Positions 21,810 through 31,590 of a stretch of DNA of 64,000 nt are shown piece by piece; within the stretch, counting starts at the first letter, position 1, and each line of letters begins with the position of its first letter. The notes under the pieces are model-generated. The model saw only the letters and a list, made by a program, of their open reading frames with translations, ran no database searches and was not told the origin of the DNA. Position numbers and translations under genes: made by a program. The stretch is from Bacillota bacterium (GTDB taxonomy: Bacteria > Bacillota > Sulfobacillia > RBS10-35 > Bu92), in NCBI GenBank assembly GCA_014896375.1, contig JADBKN010000001.1, positions 274 through 64,273 on the forward strand. Reading direction: 5' to 3'.

Positions 21810-23049
21810 ATGGGAGCTTGCCCTCCGCACCTGGCGGGCCGAGAAGGCGATGAACGTCCTCACCATCCTGCTGACCGCGCTGGGGTTCGCGGTGTATGCG
21901 CTCATGTCGGCCTGGGGTCACCAGGTGCTTTCGCCGGCCGGCATCCGCGCTCAGGCCGTCGCCCTGCCGGCGGACGCTGTCGTCCTGACCCCGCCATGGG
22001 CGCAGGAGGCCGTCCTGCCGGACCTCTCCGTCGAGGCCGTGACGCGCAAGGCCGGCATCGCGGCGACGGTGCGGCAGGCCGCCGCCGCGCTGGCGGTGCC
22101 GGTATTCACGGATGGCGGCACGGTGCGCGCGTGGGGGCTGGACCCCGGCAGCCCGGCAGCTGCGTCGCTGCGCGTTGTCGTGGGTGCGGGCGACCTTTCA
22201 AGCACCTCGGGAGACGTCCTGGTCGCGAAGGATTTCGCTGCAGCGCACGCGCTGGGGGTCGGCTCGCGACTGCGCCTGGCGGCCGTGACCCCCGACCAGC
22301 GCTGGCAGGCGGCCGAATTCCGCGTCGCCGGGATCTACGATCCCAACGGACCTCTGATGGGGTCCGTGGTGCTGTCGAAAGAGGCTCTAAGCCGCCTCAC
22401 GGGCTACACCCGGGACAACGCGCTCTTCCTCTGGGGCGGTCCGGGGTTGCGGGCGGCTCTCCCGGACGCGCTTACCGTTACGCGCGAGCCCGAGTTTCCG
22501 CCGGGCTTCGCGCCCGCCATGACGGTCGATCACTTCCGCGGCGCGCCGATCCCCTTCGGCTTCCTCACGGGCCAGTTCGCTCTGATGCCATCCACGCCGG
22601 CCGCCCAGGTGCAGGCGGTGGTGGCCGCCGCCACCGGCCGCAACCTCACACCGCTGGCGATGGCGCTCTTCGCCCTCATGGGCGTGGCCGTCACGATCCT
22701 CCAGGTGGTGCGCGTGCTCGACGCACAGCGGGTACTGGGGACGTTCAAATCCCTCGGCGAGACGCCGTCGCAGACGATGCGCCGCTACACCATGAGCGGC
22801 GCCTTCAACATGCTTGTGGCCGCCATCCTGGCGCGCGGGCTCTTCGAGCTGGTGGCGGACGTCCTCAATGCGCGGCACGCGAGCCACCTGGCGTTCCACC
22901 CTGGGGTGTATTTCATCTGGCTCTGCGCCGCCGCCCTCTTCGCCTGGTGGGCGGGCAAGGTGCCGGCCATCCTCACCCACACCGCGGCGACGCGCTCGCT
23001 GCTCCTCCGTGCGAACGACTTCGACTGGTTCGCGCTGATCCGGTTTTGA
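21802..23049 (+). CDS. ABC transporter permease, FtsX-like (second copy)
   Basis: GTG at 21802 overlaps the upstream stop (GTGACTGA). Has a C-terminal FtsX-type helix bundle. Confidence 0.7.
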   Translation: MTEWELALRTWRAEKAMNVLTILLTALGFAVYALMSAWGHQVLSPAGIRAQAVALPADAVVLTPPWAQEAVLPDLSVEAVTRKAGIAATVRQAAAALAVPVFTDGGTVRAWGLDPGSPAAASLRVVVGAGDLSSTSGDVLVAKDFAAAHALGVGSRLRLAAVTPDQRWQAAEFRVAGIYDPNGPLMGSVVLSKEALSRLTGYTRDNALFLWGGPGLRAALPDALTVTREPEFPPGFAPAMTVDHFRGAPIPFGFLTGQFALMPSTPAAQVQAVVAAATGRNLTPLAMALFALMGVAVTILQVVRVLDAQRVLGTFKSLGETPSQTMRRYTMSGAFNMLVAAILARGLFELVADVLNARHASHLAFHPGVYFIWLCAAALFAWWAGKVPAILTHTAATRSLLLRANDFDWFALIRF

Positions 23050-23136
23050 GGCGGGAGCGCTGGGGCGGGACCGGTAGGGCAGAGAAGGCGGAAGGATCGG
23101 TCATGCGCCGCAGCGGCGACGGCAAGGCGCATTCCG

Positions 23137-23158
23137 CGCCCTATCGGTATACATAACG
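23137..23158. repeat. ~21-bp motif CCTATCGGTATACATAACGCC, copy 1 of 3 (others at 32879-32900 and 32927-32948), embedded in a ~110-bp element homologous to 32927-33040
   Basis: Direct comparison: CCTATCGGTATACATAACGCC / CCTTATCGGTTGACATAACGCC / CCTTATGGGTTGACATAAGGCC. Downstream blocks are also shared (TGAAGGCGCG..., CTCTGCGGA...GCC). Confidence 0.45.
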
Positions 23159-23435
23159 CCCGGGCGCGTCCGATGAAGGCGCGGAGAGGTAGCGTGGGTT
23201 CGCTCTGCGGACGTTGCGCCACCGCCGGCTAACGCCGGCAATCTCCGCCATCCGATCGCCCTGCGGTGGTGGGGATCCGCCCCCGTCTACCCTCGTCCCG
23301 CGGGTCATACACATCCTGCGGAGACGCACGGTACCGCCGCTTTCCGCCGGCCACCGCGGCGAAAGCGGCGCGCCCCGCGTCCCCCGCGGCCGTGACCACC
23401 ACGGCCGCGCGCACGCAGGGAAGGGCGGGATCTCC

Positions 23436-26171
23436 TTGTCGGACACCCCGGAATGGTATCGCCTCGCTCCGGCCGAAGCGGCCGCGAAACTGGGCACGAG
23501 CCTGGAAGGGGGCCTCTCCACCGCCGAAGCGCGACGCCGCCTCGTCCGCTTCGGCCCGAACGAGCTGCAGGAGCGCCGGCCGCCCTCGCCCCTGGCGATC
23601 CTCCTCGACCAGTTCAAGGACTTCATGGTGCTCGTCCTCGTCGGCGCGACGATCGTCTCCTTCTTCCTCGGCGAGGTGGCGGATTCGATCGCCATCCTCA
23701 TCATCGTGGCGCTGAACGCGATCCTCGGCTTCGTGCAGGAGTACCGCGCGGAGCAGTCGCTGGAGGCGCTCAAGCAGCTGACGGCCCCGGCGGCGCGCGT
23801 GGTGCGCGACGGGCATCCCACGCAGGTGCCCGCCCGGGATGTCGTGCCGGGCGACGTGCTGCTCCTTGAGGCGGGCGACCGCGTGCCGGCGGATGTGCGC
23901 CTCGTGGAGGCGGTCCACCTAGAAGCGGACGAGGCGGCGCTGACGGGGGAGTCCATCCCGGTGCGCAAGCGCGTGGACGCGGACGACCGCCCGGGTCTGC
24001 CGCCCGGGGACCAGCGGGGCATGGCCTTTCAGGGGACGGTCGTGACGCGGGGGCGGGGGCGCGGCGTCGTCGTGGCGACGGGGATGCACACGGAGGTGGG
24101 GCGCATCGCGGGGATGATCCAGGCCGCCGGGCAGCCGGAGACGCCGCTGCAGCGGCGCCTGGAGCAACTGGGGAAGATCCTGGTCCTCGCCTGCCTTCTC
24201 GTGTCGGGGCTGGTGGTGGCCGGGGGCGTGTGGCAGGGGCGGGACCCGTACACGATGTTCTTCACCGGCGTGAGCCTGGCGGTGGCGGCGATTCCCGAAG
24301 GGCTGCCGGCCATCGTGACGATTGCGCTGGCGCTGGGCGTGCAGCGCATGATCCGCGTGAACGCCATCGTGCGGCGCCTGCCGGCCGTGGAGACGTTGGG
24401 CTGCGCCACCGTGATCTGCTCGGACAAGACGGGGACGCTCACCACCAACGCCATGACCGTGCGCGCGCTGTACGCCGACGGCCGCTGGGTGGAGGTCACG
24501 GGGCGCGGGTACCGGCCGGAAGGCGAGCTGCTCGTCGAGGGGAAGGCGATCCGCCCGGCGCCGCGGTCCGCGCTGGGCCTCGCCCTCGTCTGCGGAGCGC
24601 TCTGCAACAACGCTTCCCTGGAGGAGGCGCGCCGGGGGCGGGAGCGCACCTGGGAGGTGCGCGGCGATCCCACCGAGGCCGCACTGCTTGTCGCGGCGGC
24701 GAAGGCAGGGCTCTCTCCCTCGCGGCTCGGCGAACTCCATCCACGCCTCGCCGAGGTGCCGTTCGAATCCGAACGGCGGCGCATGTCGGTGGTGGTGCGG
24801 GGCGAGGAGGGGGCGGTCGTCTTCGTGAAGGGCGCACCCGACGACGTGCTCGACCTCTGCACCCACGTGCGGATGGGGGAACGCCTCCTGCCCATGGACG
24901 CGCACCTGAGGCGGGAGCTGAGGGCGGTGCACGAGGAGATGGCGGGACGCGCCATGCGCGTGCTGGGGCTGGCCATGCGCTCCTGGTCCGGCGCGGTGAG
25001 GGAGGACCTGCGCGCCGAGGAGGTGGAGCGCGACCTCGTCTTTCTCGGCTTCGCCGGCATGATCGACCCGCCCCGGGCGGAGGTGCGGGACGCCATCGCC
25101 GAGTGCCACCGCGCGGGCCTGCGCGCCGTGATGATCACCGGAGACCACGCGCGCACGGCGGAGGCGATCGCCCGCGAGCTGCACATGCTGCCCCCGGGCG
25201 GGCGCGTCCTGACCGGCGCCCAGCTCGACGCCATGGACGATGCCGAGCTCGCCGCGGCGGTGGCCGACACGTATGTTTTCGCCCGCGTGTCGCCGGCGCA
25301 CAAACTGCGTATCGTCAGGGCCTTCCAGGCGCGCGGCGAGGTGGTGGCGATGACGGGCGACGGCGTGAACGACGCCCCGGCCGTCAAAGAGGCCGACATC
25401 GGCGTAGCCATGGGGCGCAGCGGGACCGACGTGACCAAAGAGGCGTCCGACATGATCCTCACCGACGACAACTTCGCCACCATCGTGGCGGCCATCCGCG
25501 AGGGGCGCGCGATCTACGACAACATCCGCAAATTCATCCGCTACCTCCTCTCGTGCAACACGGGCGAGATCCTGCTCATGGTCCTGGCCACACTCCTTGA
25601 GACGCCCTTGCCGCTCCTGCCGATCCAGATGCTGCTCGTGAACCTGGTCACGGACGGCCTGCCGGCCCTGGCGCTCGGGGTCGACCCTCCGGACCGCGAC
25701 GTGATGTGCCGCCGGCCGCGCGACCCGCGCGAGGGCGTCTTCGCGCGCGGTTTGGCGCGGCTCATCGCCGTGCGCGGCGTGATCATCGGCGTGGCCAGCC
25801 TCTACGTGTTCCTCTTGGCGCTGAGCGTGACGGGCCACGTGGACCTCGCGCGGACGATGGCCATGGCGACCCTCTGCGTCTCCCAGCTCTTCCACTCCTT
25901 CGACGCGCGCTCGGAGTACAAGAGCCTCTGGCAGGTCGGGATCTTCACGAACCCGGCGCTGATCGCGGCGGCGCTCGTCTCTTTCGCGGCGCTTTGCGCG
26001 GTGATCTACCTCCCGGTCCTGCAACCGGCCTTCCACAGCGTGCCGCTGGGCTGGGGGGAGTGGGTGATCGTCGGCGGCACCTCCCTGGCGGGGGCGCTGC
26101 TCGCCGGATGCTACAACCTCGCGCGCGCCATCTGGCACCGGCGCGCTGTGGTGCTGCGCCAGCGGGGCTGA
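23436..26171 (+). CDS. P-type ATPase, type IIA (SERCA-like cation / Ca2+ transporter)
   Basis: TGES, DKTGTLT (phosphorylation site CSDKTGTLTTN), TGDHARTA, GDGVNDAPA motifs, about 10 TM. TTG start at 23436 (SDTPEWYRL...) after GGAAGGG. ATG-less N-terminus otherwise. Confidence 0.9.
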   Translation: MSDTPEWYRLAPAEAAAKLGTSLEGGLSTAEARRRLVRFGPNELQERRPPSPLAILLDQFKDFMVLVLVGATIVSFFLGEVADSIAILIIVALNAILGFVQEYRAEQSLEALKQLTAPAARVVRDGHPTQVPARDVVPGDVLLLEAGDRVPADVRLVEAVHLEADEAALTGESIPVRKRVDADDRPGLPPGDQRGMAFQGTVVTRGRGRGVVVATGMHTEVGRIAGMIQAAGQPETPLQRRLEQLGKILVLACLLVSGLVVAGGVWQGRDPYTMFFTGVSLAVAAIPEGLPAIVTIALALGVQRMIRVNAIVRRLPAVETLGCATVICSDKTGTLTTNAMTVRALYADGRWVEVTGRGYRPEGELLVEGKAIRPAPRSALGLALVCGALCNNASLEEARRGRERTWEVRGDPTEAALLVAAAKAGLSPSRLGELHPRLAEVPFESERRRMSVVVRGEEGAVVFVKGAPDDVLDLCTHVRMGERLLPMDAHLRRELRAVHEEMAGRAMRVLGLAMRSWSGAVREDLRAEEVERDLVFLGFAGMIDPPRAEVRDAIAECHRAGLRAVMITGDHARTAEAIARELHMLPPGGRVLTGAQLDAMDDAELAAAVADTYVFARVSPAHKLRIVRAFQARGEVVAMTGDGVNDAPAVKEADIGVAMGRSGTDVTKEASDMILTDDNFATIVAAIREGRAIYDNIRKFIRYLLSCNTGEILLMVLATLLETPLPLLPIQMLLVNLVTDGLPALALGVDPPDRDVMCRRPRDPREGVFARGLARLIAVRGVIIGVASLYVFLLALSVTGHVDLARTMAMATLCVSQLFHSFDARSEYKSLWQVGIFTNPALIAAALVSFAALCAVIYLPVLQPAFHSVPLGWGEWVIVGGTSLAGALLAGCYNLARAIWHRRAVVLRQRG

Positions 26172-26200
26172 GGGGCGCCGCGCGCCGCGCCGGGCGCCCG

Positions 26201-27142
26201 ATGTACAATGGGGGCATGCCGAGCATCGACGTGCCCGCAGGAACCGCGCATTACGTCACCGGCGCCCTGGACCCGGCCGCGGCGGGCGCGCAGGGCCCCG
26301 TCCTCGTGGCCCTACACGGAGCCGGGGCGTCCCACCGCGCGTTCGGCCACATGGCGTATTCCCTGGGGCAGGCATGGCCCGTCATCGTGCCGGATCTGCC
26401 CGGCCACGGCCGTTCCTCGCCGTTACCCGGAGAGGTGACGATTCCCGCTCTGGCCGGATGGGTCGAGGACTTTTGGACCGCCCTCTGCGCCTCCTGGGGA
26501 CGGCGACCTCCGCTCGTGCTCCTCGGCCACTCGATGGGCGGCGCCGTGGCCATCGAGTACGGGCTGACGCGGCAGGAGGGCCTGCTGGCGCCCGCCGGCC
26601 TGGTGCTGGTAGCCACGGGCGGGCGGTTGCGCGTGCGGCCGGATTTCCTCGCAGCGCTGGCGGAGGGGCGGTATCCGGAGGAGCTGCTGGAGGCGGTGGC
26701 GGGGCTGGGCGCGGCGGGCACGGGCGCAGGGCCGGCGGGCGCGGGTACGGGTGGGGGCGCGGCGCCCGCGGCCGCGGGCGCGGCGGAGGCCTTCGCCGCG
26801 CGCGTGGTCGCGCGCCCTGGCGGCGCGGGCGTCGACGCGCCGCCGGAGGTGACCTACCGTGACCTTCTCGCCTGCGACGCCTTCGACCGCCTGGCCGACC
26901 TGCCCCGCCTCCGCGTGCCCACGCTCGTCATCCAGGGGGACCGTGACCTTATGACGCCGCTTAAGTACGGGCAGCGACTGGCGGAAGCCATTCCCGGCGC
27001 GCGCCTCGTCGTGGTGGAGGAGGCGGGCCACCTTGTGCACGCGCAGCGTCCCGGCCCGGTGAACCGCGCCGTGCGGGCGTTTCTTGAGGAACTGGCGGCC
27101 GGTCTCGCGCCGGACGGCACGCAGCCGGGCGTATCCGGCTGA
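26201..27142 (+). CDS. Alpha/beta-fold hydrolase
   Basis: GHSMGG nucleophile elbow, with Asp and His in the C-terminal part (QGDRDLM...AGHLVH). Gly/Ala-rich insert in the middle. ATG at 26201 or 26216. A TACAAT hexamer overlaps the start region. Confidence 0.75.
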   Translation: MYNGGMPSIDVPAGTAHYVTGALDPAAAGAQGPVLVALHGAGASHRAFGHMAYSLGQAWPVIVPDLPGHGRSSPLPGEVTIPALAGWVEDFWTALCASWGRRPPLVLLGHSMGGAVAIEYGLTRQEGLLAPAGLVLVATGGRLRVRPDFLAALAEGRYPEELLEAVAGLGAAGTGAGPAGAGTGGGAAPAAAGAAEAFAARVVARPGGAGVDAPPEVTYRDLLACDAFDRLADLPRLRVPTLVIQGDRDLMTPLKYGQRLAEAIPGARLVVVEEAGHLVHAQRPGPVNRAVRAFLEELAAGLAPDGTQPGVSG

Positions 27143-27196
27143 CCGCGCGCAGAAGCCCGGCCGGCACCGGCCGGAAGCGGATGGAGGGAGCCCCGG

Positions 27197-28072
27197 GTGG
27201 ATCTGGCGTTCATCAAGATGGAGGGCGCGGGCAACGACTACGTCTACGTCGACGGCGTCGGGCGGCCGCTGCCGGACCTCGACTGGCCGGAGGTGGCGCG
27301 GCGCGTCTCCGACCGCCGCTTCGGCGTGGGCAGTGACGGCCTCATTCTCATCGCCCGCGGGGAACGCGCGCCGTTCCGCATGATCATGTTCAATGCGGAC
27401 GGCAGCCGTGGGGAGATGTGCGGCAACGGCATGCGCTGCCTGGCCTTCTACGTGCACGCCGCCGGCTATACGGCGGCGCCCGAGTTCGAGGTGGAGACGG
27501 ACGGCGGGCCCGTGCGCGTGGCCATCCTGGAGAGCGGCCGCCGCCGCGGCCGCGTGCGCGTGGACATGGGCCCGCCGCGTCTGGAGCCGGAGCGCATCCC
27601 CACCACGCTGCCCGGTACGCCGGTCGTGGGCGCGCCTCTGGAGGTGGACGGCCGCACGGTGCGCGTCGCGGCGGTGTCGATGGGGAACCCTCATTGCGTC
27701 GTGTTCTTGGACGAAAACCATTTCGGCGCGCCGCTGGACGGACTGGACCTTGAGGCCATCGGCCCGCTCTTTGAGCACCACCCCGCCTTCCCGCAGCGCG
27801 TGAACACGGAGTTCGTCGAGGTCGAGGGGCCTGACCGCCTTCGCATGCGCGTCTGGGAACGCGGCTCCGGGGAGACCTGGGCCTGCGGCACGGGCGCCTG
27901 CGCGGCGCTCGTGGCGGCGGCACTGACGGGGCGGAGCGGCCGCCGCGCGCGGGTGGGCGTGCGCGGCGGGGAGCTGGAGGTGGAGTGGGCCGCAGGCGGC
28001 CACGTGTTCCTGAGCGGCCCGGCCGTCGAAGTGTTCCGCGGCACGTTCCCTGTGGAGGAGGAAAGGGTTTGA
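27197..28072 (+). CDS. dapF: Diaminopimelate epimerase
   Basis: FIKMEGAGNDYVYVD N-terminus, both catalytic Cys (MCGNGMRC..., CGTGACAA). GTG at 27197 after GGAGGGA. Confidence 0.9.
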   Translation: MDLAFIKMEGAGNDYVYVDGVGRPLPDLDWPEVARRVSDRRFGVGSDGLILIARGERAPFRMIMFNADGSRGEMCGNGMRCLAFYVHAAGYTAAPEFEVETDGGPVRVAILESGRRRGRVRVDMGPPRLEPERIPTTLPGTPVVGAPLEVDGRTVRVAAVSMGNPHCVVFLDENHFGAPLDGLDLEAIGPLFEHHPAFPQRVNTEFVEVEGPDRLRMRVWERGSGETWACGTGACAALVAAALTGRSGRRARVGVRGGELEVEWAAGGHVFLSGPAVEVFRGTFPVEEERV

Positions 28073-29241
28073 CGCGATTCGCGCGCGCCGAGCGGTTGCA
28101 GAAGATCCCGCCGTATCTCTTCGCGGAGCTCGACCGGCGCATCGCCGCGAAGCGGGCGGCCGGCGTGGACGTCATCAGCCTGGGTGTGGGAGATCCCGAC
28201 CGGCCCACCCCGCCGCATATCGTGGAGCGCCTCGCCCGGGAGGCGGCACGGCCCGAGTGGCACCGCTACCCCTCCTATGTCGGCGCACCGGAGTTCCGCC
28301 GCGCCGCCGCACGCTGGCTGGAGCGGAACTACGGCGTGCAGGTGGATCCGGACCGTGAGGTGGTGGCGCTCATCGGCTCCAAGGAGGGGCTGGCGCACCT
28401 CTGCTGGGCGCTCGTCAACCCCGGCGACGCGGTGCTGGTGCCGGATCCCGGCTACCCGGTGTACCGGACGCAAGCCGTCTTCGCGGGTGGTGAGCCGGTG
28501 GAGCTGCCGCTGCGCGCGGAGCGCGGCTTCCTTCCCGACCTGGCGGCCGTGCCGGAGACGGTGGCGAGGCGGGCGAGGCTGCTTTTCCTCAACTACCCGA
28601 ACAATCCGACCGGGGCCACGGCGACGGCGGCGGACTTCGCGGAGTGGGTCGCCTTCGCGCGGCGCCACGGCATCGCCTTCGCGCACGATGCCGCGTACGT
28701 GGACCTCGCCCTGGACGGCGGCCGCGCGCCCATCGCTCTCCAGGCGCCCGGCGCGAAGGACGTGACGATCGAGTTCTTCTCGCTGTCCAAGCCGTACAAC
28801 ATGACGGGCTGGCGCCTGGGCTTCGCCGCCGGCAACGCGGAGCTCGTGCAGGCTCTCGCGACGGTGAAGGAGAATACGGACAGCGGCCAGTTCACCGCCC
28901 TCCAGATGGCTGGCGTGGAAGCGCTCGAGAACACTCCGGAGGCCTTCCTGGAAGAGATGCGCGCCCTCTACCGGCGTCGTCTGGAGAAGGCCGCGGCGGC
29001 GCTGAGGGAGGCCGGCTTCGATGCACGCCGGCCGCGCGCCACATTCTACCTCTGGGTGCCGGTGCCGGCGGGGTACACGGCGGAGCAGGTGGCGGAGCGC
29101 ATGCTGGAGGAGGCGGGCGTGGTGGTGAGCCCCGGCACGGCCTACGGGCGGCACGGAGCGGGCTACATCCGCCTCTCCCTCACACTGCCGGACGAGCGTC
29201 TGGATGAGGCGCTGGACCGCATCCGCCGGCTCAAGTTCTGA
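28069..29241 (+). CDS. dapL: LL-diaminopimelate aminotransferase (DapL-type class I aminotransferase)
   Basis: PLP-lysine motif FSLSKPYNMTGWRLGF. TTG start overlaps the dapF stop (TTGA), after GGAGGAGG. Operon context with dapF. Confidence 0.85.
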   Translation: MTRFARAERLQKIPPYLFAELDRRIAAKRAAGVDVISLGVGDPDRPTPPHIVERLAREAARPEWHRYPSYVGAPEFRRAAARWLERNYGVQVDPDREVVALIGSKEGLAHLCWALVNPGDAVLVPDPGYPVYRTQAVFAGGEPVELPLRAERGFLPDLAAVPETVARRARLLFLNYPNNPTGATATAADFAEWVAFARRHGIAFAHDAAYVDLALDGGRAPIALQAPGAKDVTIEFFSLSKPYNMTGWRLGFAAGNAELVQALATVKENTDSGQFTALQMAGVEALENTPEAFLEEMRALYRRRLEKAAAALREAGFDARRPRATFYLWVPVPAGYTAEQVAERMLEEAGVVVSPGTAYGRHGAGYIRLSLTLPDERLDEALDRIRRLKF

Positions 29242-29246
29242 ACGCG

Positions 29247-29687
29247 ATGGAAAGCCTCAGGGACGAAGCCTTCCGCCTGGATGAGGCCGTGCGCGCGGCC
29301 CTGCGCGCGGCGCTCGGGGAGCGCCTCGTGGCTGCGGCCGTGTGGGGAAGCCGCGCCACGGGAAGCGCGCGCGCCGATTCCGACGTGAATGTCGTCGCCC
29401 TGGCGGCCCCCCTGCCCGAGGAGGCCGAGGAGCGGCGCGCGCTCGTGCGCGCGGCGCGGCGCCGCTTTCTCTGGGATGCCGGGCTGCGGCTCTCGCTCAC
29501 GCTGCTCACGCCGGAGGAGCTGGCGCTGCGCGCGGGCTCTTCGGATCCCCTCGTGCTCGGCCTCGCCCAGGGCCACCGCGTGGTGGAGGGCGCCGCGGCA
29601 CCCTTTGCCGAGGCGCTGGGAGCCGTGGCGGGCGCCTACCGCTGGGACGAGGAGCTCAGAGCATGGACCTGGCGCGCGCCTTCCTAG
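29247..29687 (+). CDS. Minimal nucleotidyltransferase (MNT, MntA-like antitoxin of a HEPN/MNT pair)
   Basis: GSRATGSARADSDVNV = GS-x9-DxD polymerase-beta-superfamily motif. 146 aa. Overlaps the downstream HEPN gene by 25 nt. Confidence 0.75.
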   Translation: MESLRDEAFRLDEAVRAALRAALGERLVAAAVWGSRATGSARADSDVNVVALAAPLPEEAEERRALVRAARRRFLWDAGLRLSLTLLTPEELALRAGSSDPLVLGLAQGHRVVEGAAAPFAEALGAVAGAYRWDEELRAWTWRAPS

Positions 29688-30271
29688 CCACGGCGCGGGA
29701 TGACCTGCGCGCCGCCCGGGTTCTCCTCGCGGAGGAGCTCTGGGCCGCGTCCTGCTTCTTCAGCCAGCAGGCGGCGGAGAAGGCGGCGAAGGCCTGGCTC
29801 TGCGCCGCCGGCGTGGCGCCGCCGCGCTCGCATTACGTGAGCGCGGTGCTGTCGCGGCTGCTGCGGGGGCGCGGGGAGACCGGCGCCGGGGCGGGGGGCG
29901 CCGGGGCGGGTGGCGCTGGGGTGGCGGGCGCGGGCGGCGCCCCGGGGGCGGTTGGCGCGGCCGTGGTGGGCGAGGCGGGGGCGGCCGCCGGGGCTGCGGG
30001 CGCGGCGCGCGCGGCGAGGAGAGCGGGCGCGGGCGCGGCCGGCGCGGAGGAGAGAGCTGGGCCGGCGCGCGGGGCCCGCGCGGCGGAGCGGCGCCTGGTC
30101 GAGCTCCTCGACGAGCTGGAGGAGTACGTCACCGAGGCCCGCTACCCGGAGCGCGGCGCGGGGGGCTACCTCTCGCCGTACGGCCGCCTGGGGCGGCGAC
30201 GCGCCGAGGAGGCGACCGCCCTCGCCGAGGAGGCGGTCCGCTTCGTGGAGGAGAATCTCCTTGAGAGGTGA
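29663..30271 (+). CDS. HEPN-domain protein (HepT-like toxin partner) with a ~75 aa Gly/Ala-rich low-complexity insertion
   Basis: N-terminal HEPN helices (ARDDLRAARVLLAEELWAASCFFSQQAAEKAAKAWL..PRSHYVSAVLSRL) and a C-terminal helix (EYVTEARYPER). The insert is encoded by the GGCGCCGGGGCGGGG-type tandem repeats at 29875-30060. Confidence 0.7.
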   Translation: MDLARAFLATARDDLRAARVLLAEELWAASCFFSQQAAEKAAKAWLCAAGVAPPRSHYVSAVLSRLLRGRGETGAGAGGAGAGGAGVAGAGGAPGAVGAAVVGEAGAAAGAAGAARAARRAGAGAAGAEERAGPARGARAAERRLVELLDELEEYVTEARYPERGAGGYLSPYGRLGRRRAEEATALAEEAVRFVEENLLER

Positions 30272-30277
30272 CGCGCT

Positions 30278-31069
30278 GTGAAACAGTACCTCGACCTCTG
30301 CCGCCACATTCTGGAGCACGGCGTGGAGACGCGGGACCGCACGGGCGTCGGCACGCTGAGCGTCTTCGGCTACCAGATGCGCTTCGACCTCGCCGAGGGG
30401 TTTCCGCTCCTCACGACGAAGCGGCTCTTCGTCAAGGGCATCATCCACGAGCTCCTCTGGTTCATCCGCGGCGACACGAACGTGAGGTACCTGCAAGAAC
30501 ACGGCGTGCACATCTGGGACCCCTGGGCGGACGAGAACGGCGACCTCGGCCCCGTCTACGGCAAGCAATGGCGCCGCTGGGCGGGTCCGGACGGTCCCGT
30601 CGACCAGCTCCGCAACGTCATCGAGGAGATCCGCCGCGACCCGCACTCCCGGAGGCTCGTCGTCACGGCCTGGAACCCGGCGGAGGTGCCGTCGATGGCG
30701 CTGCCGCCCTGCCATACGCTCTTCCAGTTCTACGTGCGCAACGGCCGGCTGAGCTGCATGCTCTACCAGCGGAGTGCCGACGTGTTCCTGGGCCTGCCCT
30801 TCAACATCGCCAGCTACGCCCTGCTGACGATGATGGTGGCGCAGGTGACGGGATACCAGCCGGGAGAGTTCATCCACACGCTGGGCGACGCCCACATCTA
30901 CCTCAACCACTTCGACCAGGTCCGGCTGCAGCTCACGCGCGAGCCGCGCCCGCTCCCGCAGATGCGCCTCAATCCGGCGGTGCGCGACCTCTTCGCCTTC
31001 CGCTACGAGGACTTCGAGCTCGTGGGCTACGACCCGCACCCGCCCATCCGCGGCGAGGTGGCCGTTTGA
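30278..31069 (+). CDS. thyA: Thymidylate synthase
   Basis: Full ThyA signature ([15 protein letters not shown]..., PCH active site [13 protein letters not shown]). GTG at 30278. Confidence 0.95.
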   Translation: MKQYLDLCRHILEHGVETRDRTGVGTLSVFGYQMRFDLAEGFPLLTTKRLFVKGIIHELLWFIRGDTNVRYLQEHGVHIWDPWADENGDLGPVYGKQWRRWAGPDGPVDQLRNVIEEIRRDPHSRRLVVTAWNPAEVPSMALPPCHTLFQFYVRNGRLSCMLYQRSADVFLGLPFNIASYALLTMMVAQVTGYQPGEFIHTLGDAHIYLNHFDQVRLQLTREPRPLPQMRLNPAVRDLFAFRYEDFELVGYDPHPPIRGEVAV

Positions 31070-31584
31070 TCACCATCGTGGCCGCCGTGGACGAGGACGG
31101 CGTGATCGGCGCGGGCGGGCGCCTTCCCTGGCACCTGCCGGCCGACCTGCGCCGCTTTCGGGAGCTCACGGAGGGGCACGTGGTGGTGATGGGGCGGAAG
31201 ACCTACGAATCGATCGGGCGGCCGCTGCCGCGGCGCACGAACATCGTGCTGACGCGGAATCCCCGCTACCCGGCGCCCGGCTGCCTCGTCCTCACCGATC
31301 CTGCGGACGTGGCCCCCTTCGCCGCGCGGGATGAGGTGTTCGTGATCGGCGGGCGCGAGATCTTCGACCTCTTTTTGCCCGTGGCCGACCGTATCCACCT
31401 CACCGTGGTCCACGGGCGCTTCCCCGGGGACACGCGCTTTCCTCTTGAGGCGCTGCGCGCCTTCCGTCGCACGCGCCGCGAGCGGCACGCGCGCGACGAG
31501 CGGAATCCCTACGACTACACCTTCGAGCAATACGACCGACCCGCTGAGCCATACGACCCACCCGCAGCCGGGACAGGGAGATGA
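31066..31584 (+). CDS. folA: Dihydrofolate reductase
   Basis: [15 protein letters not shown]...[16 protein letters not shown]...[15 protein letters not shown] start overlaps the thyA stop (TTGA). Classic thyA-folA pair. Confidence 0.9.
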   Translation: MITIVAAVDEDGVIGAGGRLPWHLPADLRRFRELTEGHVVVMGRKTYESIGRPLPRRTNIVLTRNPRYPAPGCLVLTDPADVAPFAARDEVFVIGGREIFDLFLPVADRIHLTVVHGRFPGDTRFPLEALRAFRRTRRERHARDERNPYDYTFEQYDRPAEPYDPPAAGTGR

Positions 31585-31590
31585 ACGCGC

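Noticed and set aside
19818-21905. 695-aa minus-strand ORF antisense to the ABC ATPase / FtsX permease genes
   Set aside because: Arg/Pro/Gly-rich translation with no domains. It is antisense to clear ABC transporter genes, typical of shadow ORFs in GC-rich DNA.
23919-26138. 739-aa minus-strand ORF antisense to the P-type ATPase
   Set aside because: Shadow ORF. The sense strand encodes all P-type ATPase motifs.
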